DNA of 63,664 nucleotides, filler included, from Diploschistes diacapsis (GCA_023645945.1; 18 parts of 18 records of this genome joined end to end with filler, not necessarily neighbours in it); one strand, 5' to 3'. Positions 45,990-57,914 are shown, counted from the first letter of the whole stretch. The notes: generated by a model not told the origin, from the sequence alone. Translations and numbers: made by a program.

Positions 45990-46896
45990 GTTAAAATCCT
46001 AGCAGGTTCAGGGAAGTTCAGCTGGACTGAACTTCCAGGACTGAACCTTCCGGAATTGGGTCGAGCCTGCCATACCTTCTACCTGTCCGCTCAACACTCC
46101 CCCTCAGACGGAACCGTTCAGCATGTCTAGTCTAACTGATCTTTTGACCTAGGCCAGTCTTAATAAATTAATAACTTCGTACGAAAAACCCGTTTGTTAA
46201 ATAACTTATCTTCCATCTTATTCCTCTTTTTTTGATCGAATGGGTTTAGTCTAGTTTAATCGAACTTCGATGATTATCGAAGGATATTAAAAAGATTCAA
46301 TAACGGTAAAGTTAAATATCGACGATTATTACGTATCGAGATGATTCAACGGCGATAAAATTAGATATCAATAATTATCGAAAGGTCGAAAGGATTCAAC
46401 AAAGGTTTAATTAAATTCTCGATAATTGTCGAAAGTTTCGATTAGGTTTAATAGCGAAAGTAATAGTTCTGCTGGATTTCGAAGATTAATGAGAGATTCG
46501 ATTAAATTTAATAGAGAAGGTAGCGGTTCTGTTAGATGTCGAAGGTTGTCAAGATGATCGATAGGATTCAGTATTAGATTTAGTTGAACTTCGATCCTTG
46601 TCGGGAAGGAGGAGAGGGGATCGTTTTTCGTTGGCCTAACTGACGAATCCGGGAGCTAAATACTTCTTATTTAGGCCTACTTTTGGCTAGCGTGATAAGA
46701 TCCCGCGATCTTTTATAATAATATATCTTTTATTTTTGAATATATTTATTTTAAGGTTCTATAATTTAAATCCTAAAATTTTGGATCTTTTCGATTTAAA
46801 TTATAAAATTTAGCGTAATCGGTACCCGCGCTCGTAACCGTTCTAATTACCGGAAAGACTTATTTTCAATATATAATTACACGAAGTGGTTTAAAT
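45990..46896 (-). mobile_element. Copia-type non-autonomous (TRIM-like) element: partial 3' LTR, PPT and short internal region
   Basis: Minus strand reads AGGGGGAG (PPT, 46104-46097) then TGTTGAGCGG (LTR start 46096). Internal region homologous to 52880-53394 and 54191-54540. Confidence 0.7.
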
Positions 46897-47166
46897 NNNN
46901 NNNNNNNNNNNNNNNNNNNNNNNNNNNNNNNNNNNNNNNNTTAATTAATTAANNNNNNNNNNNNNNNNNNNNNNNNNNNNNNNNNNNNNNNNNNNNATAT
47001 AGATTTATAACCGATCTACTTCTTTTCCCATTACATTCTTCTTTTAATAGAGACCAAAACCACCTTAATCAATACCTCGTGTCTACATTGTAGAGATAGA
47101 GATCATAACCAATCATACGTGTAGAAAATTGATATAAAAGTTGAAAGTTCGTAAAATCGGGTGGGG

Positions 47167-47209
47167 GGTGTCCGTTCGCTATGAGTGTCCGCTCGCTATG
47201 CATATACGT
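47167..47209. mobile_element. TIR of a second pogo-like family
   Basis: GGTGTCCGTTCGCTATGAGTGTCCGCTCGCTATGCATATACGT followed by TA: an ACGT terminus, a TA target and an internal 16-bp direct repeat, the same layout as the main family. Confidence 0.6.
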
Positions 47210-47323
47210 TATATCAGAACTTATAAGAGCCATAACGACGTTTTTTATATAATTAACTGCTCCTTTAGTAAAGTAGATAAATAGATAGATAGAATTACCG
47301 TTCTCCCGTTCTATTTATAGAAG

Positions 47324-47887
47324 TAGGCTGGCCGTCACTGACACTGACACTGCCGGTGTCAGTGACACGGACACTGCAGTATTAGTGTCAGTATTTTAGA
47401 TTTTTTAGCTGCGGTGTCCGTGTCCGTGCTTTTATTATAATGTAATATCCGTGTTAATGTCCGTGCCGAGAAATTTTTTGCTGCGGTATCCGTGTTAATA
47501 CTTTTATTATAATATAATATCCGTGTTAGTGTCCGTGCTGAGAAATTTTTATTACGGTATCCGTGTCCGTGCATTTATCGAAACATTTTTAAATAATTTT
47601 TTTTATTTTAATAATTTTAAAATTATCACGTTTACTTTTCACGCTTTTATTTTTTTGCTGCGCTATCCGTGTCGGTGTTTTTATTGCAGTATAATGTCCG
47701 TGTTAGTGTCCGTGTTTTAAATTTTTTAGTTGCGGTGTCCGTGTCCGTGAATTCACGGAAATGTAGTGTCCGTATTAATATCCGTGTTTTAAAAATTTTA
47801 GCTGCGGTGTCCGTGTCAGTGTCCGTGTTTTGAAAATTCTTGCTGCGGTGTCAGTGTCGGTGTCAGTGGCACGAAACGGCCAGCCTA
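47324..47887. mobile_element. Complete 564-bp non-autonomous hAT transposon (MITE-like)
   Basis: Perfect 12-bp TIRs TAGGCTGGCCGT/ACGGCCAGCCTA; perfect 8-bp TSD TATAGAAG (47316-47323 and 47888-47895); body made of GTGTCCGTGT-type repeats. Confidence 0.92.
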
Positions 47888-47919
47888 TATAGAAGAATAG
47901 AATAGCTTTTAAAGCTTTT

Positions 47920-48295
47920 TATTGTGTAACGTATGTATTGAGTCTGAAGATTTATCTAAGTGGAACAACCTACATGCAAGCCTTTATACCTAAGGGATTC
48001 TTTAAGCCCTACAGGCTTGAGCTACTCCCAATCCGGATTAATAGGAACCCAAGTGGATTCAGCTGAACCTCCCAGCCATGCATTCTATTTACCTGCTTAA
48101 CATTTCCTTACGGCGGAACCACCGGCATATTTTATTTAGTCCAGCTGGATGCCTGTTATACTAATTCAAGTCCCTTAATAAACATATCGTGTTTAATATA
48201 ATTTAATGACTTTATTAATCCGTTAATAATTATTTTATTAATAAATATATAAATAATATTAATACGGCCTCGCTTAATTAAATCCAGTATATAAT
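47920..48295 (-). mobile_element. Copia retrotransposon 3' end: RIPed RNase H C-terminus, PPT relic and 3' LTR (~47920-48102)
   Basis: Minus strand HYILDLIKRGRINIIYIFINKIIINGLIKSLNYIKHDMFIKGLEL corresponds to H..RD....G.I...YIPT..M.ADGLTKPL. LTR homologous to 55059-55250. Confidence 0.8.
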
Positions 48296-48395
48296 NNNNN
48301 NNNNNNNNNNNNNNNNNNNNNNNNNNNNNNNNNNNNNNNTTAATTAATTAANNNNNNNNNNNNNNNNNNNNNNNNNNNNNNNNNNNNNNNNNNNN

Positions 48396-49023
48396 CAGTA
48401 TAGAAAAAATCCTGCCTATAATTTTAAATCATAATTCACATTATACTGGTAAATATTAAAAGATAATAAAATATTTAACTTTTTTATAAAAACCATTTAG
48501 GATATCTAATACCGGTTTTAGGAATTTGAGACGTCAGATTATCCAGTATCTGGTCTAGTATGGGGAACTTTTTAGACGCGGACGCCACTTATAAACAACA
48601 CGAAGAATAATCAATGATCCTGATAAAAGAATACATATCTTAAAGGAAATGCATCTCTAATTTAGCTATCGGAGCTATAAAATTACTTAAAAGATGGTAA
48701 TTTAGCGATATTGATAAAATAAAATATATATAAATGTCAAACAGGTCTATAAGGAGTATCGGGAATGTTAGTTAAGGAAACTAAATCGCGTAGCAGACTT
48801 GATTCACCTTAGCTTTATTAATTATTTATAAATAATGGTCCATCTCGACGTCATTAAGATGCCAAGCTGTCGGGATAAGCATTTTATAGTATAGGCCAGA
48901 GATTACTTGTCCGAATGGGTTAAAGCACGAATTATTGTTAAGAACGATTTAAAAACGGTTGCTAAATTCATTTATAAAGAATTAATCTGTCGATATGAAA
49001 TGTTCGGGAAGATGATCGTCGAC
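48396..49023 (+). pseudogene. RIP-degenerate Gypsy integrase (zinc-binding and core N-terminal part)
   Basis: Reads VHLDVIKMPSCRDKHFIV*ARDYLSEWVKARIIVKNDLKTVAKFIYKELICRYEMFGKMIVD. Confidence 0.8.
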
Positions 49024-49465
49024 TAAAACAGCCCAGCCCAGGGACCTGCCAAGCCACGGCAGGATTAGTGCCCAGGGGCTTGCCAAGACACGGCAGGGTC
49101 AATGCCCAGGTGCTTGCCAAGACACGGTAGGGTCAGGAAATGGCTGTATAGATAAATAGTCCCCGAACCCCGGTAAATCTAATATCCATACTATTTAACG
49201 GTGCCCTCCTCCCATTTAGATAATTTCTTCTTTAATTTTTCGAATCGAAACCTTTTACTTATAGATACTCAAGTTACACTTAATCCTTTCGGATCAGGCC
49301 CAGCCCCCGATAAAATAAGATCCTTTTATACGCTAGCTTTTCATATTCGAAAAGCTTACTTTATTTTCGTACTCGTGACGAAAATTTAAAACGTTAACCG
49401 AACTAAATATTCGAGTAAGTCCACGATAACCGGAACTCGAAAATACTACCCGCCGATTTATTATA
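49024..49465 (+). mobile_element. Probable LTR (same family as 44622-45041) with three tandem 34-bp GC-rich repeats
   Basis: Repeats GCCCAGG..(C/T)TGCCAAG.CACGG.AGG at 49036, 49070 and 49104; 3' part aligns with 44715-45041; interrupts the integrase frame. Confidence 0.6.
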
Positions 49466-50823
49466 AATAATAACTCCCGCTAATAGAAAAAATCAAAAAA
49501 AAAAAAGAAAATCGATAATACTTCCGTTTTTTAAAGAATTAATCGAGATATCATCGATTAAAAAATACGATTTAATAAATAAATCGTTAATTAAAAAATA
49601 ATTTATAAAATATCCCGCGTAATAATAATTATTAATATTAAAAATCGAATTATTTTATCGATATAAATATAAAATACCGATAACGAAATAATCNNNNNNN
49701 NNNNNNNNNNNNNNNNNNNNNNNNNNNNNNNNNNNNNTTAATTAATTAANNNNNNNNNNNNNNNNNNNNNNNNNNNNNNNNNNNNNNNNNNNNATATAAG
49801 ATATACACGAGTCAAATTAAGATAAGTTTAATCTTTATTAAAAAAGGAATATAATAAGAAAAGAAGATAAAATAATTATAAATCTTAAACTGTTTTTAGA
49901 AAAAAAGCTTTCTAAATAATAAAAATAAAGAATATAAATTAATCCCGAGTAATAACTAAGGATATTTATAAAAATAAACACGTCTTTTTTCACGAAGATA
50001 AAATCGTGCTTATATATAATTAACTCGCTCGCCGCTTATCGTAAGTCTAACGAGCGGTACCTTCGAGGCTCGCCGTTTATAAGAATAAACGCGATTATCG
50101 AGCGGTGGCGAAAACTTACTCGCCGCTTACGAGAATAAGCGCGAGCAGTGAACATGTCACGTGACTCCCCGTCCCGTGACTGACCTATATACAACAAAAC
50201 TGGGACGTGCCAAGTCTGGTACTTAGATCGGAACACTATTCTTTTCTTACTTATGATATCTTTTATGATTATAGTTTTCGTAAATAAAGAAGATTGGTGT
50301 AATAAATGAATCGTAGTTAATAAATCGTTAATAAATGGAATAGAGAGGTATAAATTTTCTGTTAAAGAAGTGAAGATAATCGAATAAGTTTAGCGAGTTT
50401 AGCTGAATTTCGATACTTATTTAAAATAATCGAATGAATGTAGTAATAGAATTCTGTTAGATTTCGATGATTGTCGAGGAGGAGGGTTTTCGGGTGTTAA
50501 TTAAGTAAACCTGAATTTAGGTCCTGAATTTTGACTTGGTTTAGTTAATTTAGTTTTTTTAGAGTAGCGTAGTCGGTGCCCGCGTTTTATTGATAAGTAG
50601 TTTAACTTCTATTTTGGATCTGATTACTTTAGGGTGTTATGATTTAGATCTTGGGCTTTTAAGATTTCTTTAATTTAATTTGTAATAGGTAACGTAATTG
50701 GATCCCGTAGTCGTAACGGTAATATCTGCCCGGAGATATTATTTTTAATATATAAACGCGACGGGATAGTAAATTAACCCGGGTTTATAATCTTTTAAAT
50801 AACGCAAGTATTGAAGTCGAGAT

Positions 50824-51091
50824 TAGGCTGGCCGGTACTGATACTGACACGGCCGTGTCAGTGACACGGATACTGACAGTGTTAATGTCCGTATTTTAGA
50901 TTTTTTAGCTGCGGTATCCGTGTCCGTGGATTTACGGAAATATAGTGTTCGTGTTAATATTAATGTTTTAAATTTTTAATTATAGTATCCGTGTCCGTGC
51001 TTTTATTATAGTGTAATGTCCGTGTTAGTATCCGTGTTTTAAAATTTTAATTATCGTGTCCGTGTTAGTGTCCGTGTTTTGAAAATTTTTG
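50824..51091 (+). mobile_element. hAT element end inserted in a Copia-type LTR relic
   Basis: TAGGCTGGCCG at 50824 followed by GTGTCCGT repeats; RIPed PBS (rc GATTATAAACCCGG) just upstream at ~50778-50792. Confidence 0.75.
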
Positions 51092-51191
51092 NNNNNNNNN
51101 NNNNNNNNNNNNNNNNNNNNNNNNNNNNNNNNNNNTTAATTAATTAANNNNNNNNNNNNNNNNNNNNNNNNNNNNNNNNNNNNNNNNNNNN

Positions 51192-52489
51192 ATATCGTAA
51201 TTAAATATTTTTCGGCACGGACACTAACACGGATATTATATCGTAATGTATTCACGGATACGGATACCGTAACCAAAATTTTTTCGGCACGGATATTAAT
51301 ACGGACATTACATTATAATAAAAGCACGGACACGGACACTATAATTAAAAATTTTAAAACATTAATACTAACACGGACACTACATTTCCGTAAATCCACG
51401 GACACGGACACTACAGTTAAAAAATCTAAAACACGGATACTGACACTGTCAGTATCCGTGTCACTGACACGGCCGTGTCAGTGTCAGTGACGGCCAGCCT
51501 AGTTAATAGATTTACGGAAATATAATATCCGTGTTAATATCCGTGTTTTAAATCTTTTAATTACGGTGTCCGTGTTCGTGAATTTACGGAAATATAATAT
51601 CCGTATTAATGTCCGTGTTTTAAAGATTTTGGCTGCGGTGTCCGTGTTAGTATCTGTGTTTTGAAAATTTTTGCTGCGGTGTCAGTGTCAGTGTCCGTGG
51701 CACGAAACGGCCAGCCTAATTTAAAATGTTCTTATTTTTTTAAAAGATCTCGTGGGTTTTTTAAAAGTAAGAACGAGTAAAAGATTTTAATTTATTTTAT
51801 CGTCTTTTATAAATCTAATTCGTAATCGAAGTCGTTAAATTTTTGTAACACGTTATAAAAGTCTTTTTATTTATTATTAAATTTTTATAGGCTCGGGTGG
51901 TTTTAATATTACGTATATCCAACCCGATTAAATTATCGAAATTAATTTTTTTAACGAGGCGTCGATGCTCGTCCCCGTATCGCTTTTATCGTTCTTACGT
52001 TAAAATTATATATCGCTTTACGAAGTTTTAAATATCTTATATAATTTCGACGATAATATTAATACCAAACGGAGCCATGAAACAAAAATTATAAAATATT
52101 AAATAAACATTACAGTAGGCTGGCCGTTTCGTGCCACGGGCACTGACACGGGCACCGCAACAAAAATTTTCAAAACATAGACATTAACACGGACACCGTA
52201 ATTAAAATTTTTAAAACACGGACATTAATACGGATATTATATTTCTATAAATTCACGAACACGGACACCGTAATTAAAGAATTTAAAACACGGATATTAA
52301 TACGGATATTATATTTCCGTAAATCTATTAATACGGATATTATATTTCCGTAAATCTATTAACACGGGATATTATATTATAATAAAAGCACGGAAATATT
52401 TTTTTTAATATTTTTAAAATTATTACGTTTATTTCTCACGCTTTTATTTTTTTTAATTTTTTTTTAAATACGGACACGGACACGGACAT
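51192..52489. mobile_element. Three hAT-family ends, including one copy nested in another
   Basis: TIR ends at 51501 and 51718 (ACGGCCAGCCTA) and a start at 52116 (TAGGCTGGCCGT), each flanked by ACACGG repeats. Confidence 0.8.
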
Positions 52490-52589
52490 NNNNNNNNNNN
52501 NNNNNNNNNNNNNNNNNNNNNNNNNNNNNNNNNTTAATTAATTAANNNNNNNNNNNNNNNNNNNNNNNNNNNNNNNNNNNNNNNNNNNN

Positions 52590-52878
52590 AGACAGTTTAA
52601 AAGGATTTGAATCGCTTCATAATTATTAGAACGAGATTGAATTTCATCGAATCGATTTATAATAATCGATTAAAATATTTTAAATAGGCGAGTAGTTTTT
52701 TAAATATTAGTATATTATTATAATTTTAAAACCTATAAACAGTCGGTTATTAAATTTTATTAAAATCGAATTATTATTATGCGAGATAGTTATTATTAAG
52801 AAAAATCGAATGTAAGATAAAAATAATGATTTAAGGTGGCCGGAATCTGGGGGTGGCCGGAATCCCCGTGAAACACGT
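52590..52878 (-). mobile_element. pogo-like transposon left end inserted into the TRIM-like internal region
   Basis: Reverse TIR ending ...GAAACACGT followed by TA at 52879-52880. Confidence 0.8.
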
Positions 52879-52880
52879 TA

Positions 52881-53602
52881 TCAATCTTTAGCTTTACCTT
52901 TACTGAAACCTTTCGATCCTTCGTCAATCTTTAATAATTAGCAGTACCGCTACCTATTGCTACTGGATTTAGTCGATTCCTCGACAACCTTGGAAATCCA
53001 GCCGAAACGTTATCTCCGCCGTTAAAACCTTTCGATTCTTCGTTAATATCGACATTCAGCTTTATCGTTACTGAACCATCTCGATACTCTTCGTCAACCT
53101 TCGACATCTAGCAGTATCGCTACTTACGCTGCTGAACTTAGTCGAAACCCTCGATAATTATCGAAAATTTAGTTGTACCTATTGCTAAACCTGCTCGATA
53201 TTCTTCGATAATTATTGAAAATTCGGCTGAATTAATGCTGAACTCATTCGATCAAAAAAAAGGGGGAATAAGATGAAGGATAAGTTATTTAATAAACGGG
53301 TTGCTTCGTACGAAGTTATTAATTTATTAAGACTGGCCTAGATTAAAAAATTTAATTAAACTAGACATGCTGGACGGTTCCGTTTAAAGGGGAATATTGA
53401 ACGGACAGATAAAAGGCATAACAGACTCGACTCAATTCTAAAGGGTTTAGTTTAGCTGACCCCCTGAACCTGTTGGAATTCGGATTAGACCGGTTAGGGT
53501 AATAGGGCTTAACTTACACCGTGGAGGATAAAAGTCTATATAGTAGGATACTTCCTAGGATAAGACTTCTAGACTTTAATATATCCATTACGTTGTCAAA
53601 CA
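52881..53602 (+). mobile_element. TRIM-like Copia derivative: repetitive internal region, RIPed PPT and 3' LTR (~53395-53602)
   Basis: AAGGGGAA then TATTGAACGG (RIPed AGGGGGAG-TGTTGAGCGG); LTR ends GTTGTCAAACA; homologous to the reverse complement of 45990-46560. Confidence 0.7.
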
Positions 53603-53628
53603 AATACGATATCTGATCTCTTATAAAC

Positions 53629-53887
53629 TAGGCTGGCCGTCACTGACACTAACACGGCCGTGTCAGTGACACGGATACTGACAGTGTCAATGTCCGTGTT
53701 TTAGATTTTTTAGCTGCGGTGTCCGTGTCCGTGGATTCACGGAAGTGCAGTGTCCGTATTAATATTAATATTTTAAATTTTTTAATTATAATATCCGTGT
53801 CCGTGCTTTTATTATAATATAATATTCGTGTTAATATTCGTGTCGAGAAAATTTTTATTACGATATCCGTGTTAATAGATTTAGGGA
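53629..53887 (+). mobile_element. hAT element end
   Basis: TAGGCTGGCCGTCACTGACAC... same terminus as 47324. Confidence 0.8.
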
Positions 53888-53987
53888 NNNNNNNNNNNNN
53901 NNNNNNNNNNNNNNNNNNNNNNNNNNNNNNNTTAATTAATTAANNNNNNNNNNNNNNNNNNNNNNNNNNNNNNNNNNNNNNNNNNNN

Positions 53988-54550
53988 TGGCTGGGTGTCT
54001 AACTAAGTTCCAGAGGGAGGTTCAGTTCAGCTGAACCTCCTGGAATCCTAATTAGACCGGTTTAGGAATAGTGTAAATAGTAAGGCTTAGCGTATTTCAT
54101 AAGGATAAAAGTCTGTAAAGTAGGATAATCTCTTAAATAGATCTTTAGACTTCAATATATCTATTACGTTGTCAAATAGGTTATAAGCCCGGATTAACAT
54201 TTGTTTTATTACGCTTAATCGTTTATTAAAATTACGTTTTTTAACAGTTATTACGATTACGAACGCGGGTACCGATTACGCTACTTAACGTAAATTAAAT
54301 CGAAGAGATCCAAAAACCTAGGATCTAAATCATAAAACTCTAGAGTAAATTGATTTAAAGATAAAAGTTATATTACTTTAAAAGAACGCGGGATCTTAAT
54401 ACGCTGGCCTAAGATAAGCCTAAATAAGAAATAATTGGATCCAGATATCATCTATATAGACCAACGAAAAAACAATTATCTTCTTTTCCCTCGACAATAA
54501 TCGAAGTTTAGTTAAATCTTGTTAAATCCTTCGATTACCTTTATTTCTAT
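53988..54550 (+). mobile_element. TRIM-like Copia derivative: partial 5' LTR, PBS and start of the internal region
   Basis: LTR end GTTGTCAAATA (54178) immediately followed by GGTTATAAGCCC, a RIPed form of the Copia-type PBS GGTTATGAGCCC. Confidence 0.7.
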
Positions 54551-54552
54551 TA

Positions 54553-55058
54553 ACGTGTTTCACGGGGATTCCGGCCACCCCCAGATTCCGGCCACTTTTG
54601 CCAAGAACTAGTTTAAATCTTCAATAATTCTTCGAAATTAATCGTTATTTTTATTTTTTTCGAAATATTACTTTTCAATCAATTAAGTATCATGTATAAA
54701 AAGTGTACATTGATTACGGCATCAGTTAATCTTTTTAAGCGAATTAAAAATAACGACTCGAAAAAGCGGATTTCCAATCCTTTAAAATCAGCTTTAACCA
54801 AGCGAAAAATAGTTTATTTAAATGAACTATTATAAGTTTTTGTGTGCGTAGAATTCATTAAAATTATAAAAAAAGCATTTTTTGACGTTATAAAGTCGTT
54901 GTGTGACCTTTTTCATCTTTTTTCAGTCATTTTAGAAAATTAAGATTAAGCGAAAACTAGCCGTTGTATGGCCAAACTATTTAAAATCTTTCGGGTTTTG
55001 AAGAATAAAGCCACACAACGACTGTATAACGTGGAAAAAATATTGTTTTTAAAGTTTT
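54553..55058. mobile_element. Non-autonomous element carrying the pogo-like TIR with an unrelated internal sequence (second copy 59023-59476)
   Basis: TA plus TIR followed by TTTTGCCAAGAA...; internal sequence aligns with 59023-59476 but not with either transposase-bearing end. Confidence 0.7.
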
Positions 55059-55250
55059 TGTTGAGCAGGCAGGCAGAATGCATGGCTGGGAAGTTCAGCT
55101 GAACCTATTAGGGTTCCTGTTAAATCCTAATCGGGAGTAATGCAAGTCTATAGGACTTAATGGATTCTATTGGTATAAGAGCTTGCATGTAGACTCTTCC
55201 TTCTAGCTAGACCTCTAGATATCTAGACTTCAATACATGCGTTGCCCAAA
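55059..55250 (+). mobile_element. Copia LTR copy with little RIP damage
   Basis: TGTTGAGCAGG...CATGCGTTGCCCAA, homologous to the reverse complement of 47920-48102. No clean TSD seen. Confidence 0.6.
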
Positions 55251-55531
55251 AATTAGGATTAAATCGAGTCGGATAATTTCGAAATNNNNNNNNNNNNNNN
55301 NNNNNNNNNNNNNNNNNNNNNNNNNNNNNTTAATTAATTAANNNNNNNNNNNNNNNNNNNNNNNNNNNNNNNNNNNNNNNNNNNNAATATTAATTATATT
55401 TTAATCGAAACGCTTCGAAACTGATTATTTAATACTAATAATAAAGGATAAATAATAAATAAATACGGTTATTGTAATTTATATATATTTTTAAGTTTTT
55501 AATTAGATCGAATCGACCCGAAACGCGTCGT

Positions 55532-55996
55532 TGTTATGATCTCTATCTCTACAATGTAGTCACGAGGTATTAATCAAGGTGGTTTGGTCTCTGTTAGAAG
55601 AAGAGTGTGGCAGGAGAAGAAATAGATTAGTTATAAATTTATATTGATTTTTAGAAAGATTGCTATCCGTTGATAGAGGGTAACGAATATAGATTAATCT
55701 CGAATAATCGTTAAAGATGTTTATGAAAGTAAACACGTCCCGACTTAAAGGAGCCATGGCGGTATTCTCATATAGTTTAAGGCGACAGCTAGTTACCGAC
55801 AGTAGAGCTACTATAACAGAACTATTACTGATAGATAGCTGTTCAGGCAGATCTGTCACTGACAGATGTCTGTTACTGAATATCTGTCAGTTACGTGATC
55901 TAGCGTGCGTGGTTGGCTATATACAAGGAATGGTTGGGAAGTGCCCGACTAGCTGTGGCGTCCCAGGTAACTCGCCTAGTACCCTGGATCGTAACA
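55532..55996. mobile_element. Solo LTR (465 bp) with 5-bp TSD inserted in a pogo transposase relic
   Basis: TGTTATGATC...GATCGTAACA inverted termini; TSD GTCGT at 55527-55531 and 55997-56001. Related ends at 58483 and, reversed, ~47109 and 62533. Confidence 0.85.
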
Positions 55997-56682
55997 GTCG
56001 TTTATTAATTATAAACGATTATAATAATTATATTATCGCCAATATTATTCGTTTTTATATATTTAATCGAATCGATTTAATAATATTATTATCGTATAAT
56101 TCTTATTTTTTTTAATTATTCGATATCGCAGTGTTTTCGCCGTTAAAAAGCGCGTTGGCGTAAAAAACGGATTATATTATTCGATTAAATAAATCGCGTA
56201 TGACACGTTCGGAATAAATCGAATTATTTTTAATAACTTAAAATCGAGTTATTACAAGTTAAAACGCTTAAACAGGCTTTATAAATATTAAATTATAATT
56301 TATTAATTCTATAACCGTGTTTAATAAGCTTTTTTCGATTTATCGGACCTTTTTGTTTTTATTTTATATCCTTTTTTAACCTCGAATTAATTCGATTTAG
56401 ATTTATTTTTATTATATAGTTTTCTATCAAATGCGACCGAACTGCGAAGAACCAATAAAGAGTTTAATCAAACGTTGCGAACCGTTCTAAAACTAATCAG
56501 CCCGATTCGACGCTATTCGAATCGAGTAACCCGTATACTTAAATCGACGTATACTAAGTTTATAACGCTTCGTAAAGAAAACCGAGAATAAAAAACGCTT
56601 CTTAATAGTTGTAAAAAACGTAAATCAGATAAACGAATCGAATTAAAAGGTCGTTTTATGTTTAATATAGACGAAATTCTTA
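55997..56682 (+). pseudogene. RIPed pogo/Fot1 DDE transposase catalytic and C-terminal region
   Basis: Reads RLLIINDYNNYIIANIIRFY...LIILLSYNSYFF*LFDIAVFSPLKSALA*, the degenerate RLLIxDGHxSH...LPPHSSHLLQPLD motif set. Confidence 0.85.
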
Positions 56683-56782
56683 NNNNNNNNNNNNNNNNNN
56701 NNNNNNNNNNNNNNNNNNNNNNNNNNTTAATTAATTAANNNNNNNNNNNNNNNNNNNNNNNNNNNNNNNNNNNNNNNNNNNN

Positions 56783-57641
56783 ATTATTAGTATTAAATAG
56801 TTAGTTTCGAGACGTTTCGACTGGAATCCAATTAATATTGATATGTAATGCTTTAAAAATGATTATAGGCGGTAATATCCCGTTAATAATTAAAATATAT
56901 TCGATCGTAGTTATTTATTTTTATTTTTTTTTAATAACTTTTTAATTCGAGCCTGTTCGACTTAAAACGAAGGCTTTAAAGAAAGAACTATTATTAATAC
57001 CAAAACCTAATTCGTTTATATTATAGATATATTCGGGCGCGTATTGTCCCGTATTATATTAAGTTATTACTGCATCGAACCACCGTTGTATAATCTCGTA
57101 ACTTATTGTATTAAATTTATTCGACTCGATCTATCTCGTTTAGATATTGATAATTTTAGGAAATCGTTTGCGAAATCGCGATACCTAATTTTTGCCGATA
57201 GGTTAAAGATTCGCGATTATGACTTCTAAATTCGAATCGAATCGAATTCTTTCGCGTCGAATCTCTTCGGTTATTTTTATTATTAACGTAGGCGATATAG
57301 GAAAGCCAGTTTATATAAGACGTGTAATCTATTGTATTAATATCTTTTTTTTAGGATTTAAAAGGATTTGACTCGATTCGTGATTATTAGAACGTGATTA
57401 TATTTTAGTAAATCGACGTATGATGGTTGAACGAGGAACTTTAAATGCGCGGGTAGTTTCTCGAACGTTAATATATTGTTAAGAATTTAGGACCTATAAA
57501 TAGTCGTTGATATTAGATTCTATTAGAATCGAATTATTACGATGCGAGGTAGTTATTGTTGAAAAAATCGAAGAAAAAGATGAAAGTTGTAATGAGAGGT
57601 GGCCCATTTCTGGGGGTGGCCCGGTTCCCCGTCAAACACGT
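56783..57641 (-). mobile_element. pogo-like subfamily left end with RIPed HTH/CENP-B-type transposase N-terminus
   Basis: Variant TIR (ACGTGTTTGACGGGGAACCGGGCCACCCCCAGAA..GGGCCACC) at 57641-57598; minus strand reads KILIQ*ITRLI*TGFPISPTLIIKITEEIR. Confidence 0.8.
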
Positions 57642-57914
57642 TATACGTCGATTTAAACATACGAATTATTCGATTTAAATAACGTCGAATCGAATTAATT
57701 CATTTTAAAACGGTTCGTAACGTTTAATAAATTATCAAACGTACGATATCGTTCATAATCCAAATCCGCGGATATATTAAAAAATTTATCTTTATTATTA
57801 TCGAGATAACAAAATACGATACTATTTTAAAAAATTCGTAATTAAATATCCATAATTTCACTATCAATTTTAAGATACGGACTTTTAACTTAAACGGATA
57901 TACGTATATCAATA

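Noticed and set aside
45598..53887. ACACGGACAC repeat arrays as CRISPR or telomere/satellite DNA
   Set aside because: No unique spacers; bounded by TIRs and an 8-bp TSD, so they are hAT subterminal repeats.
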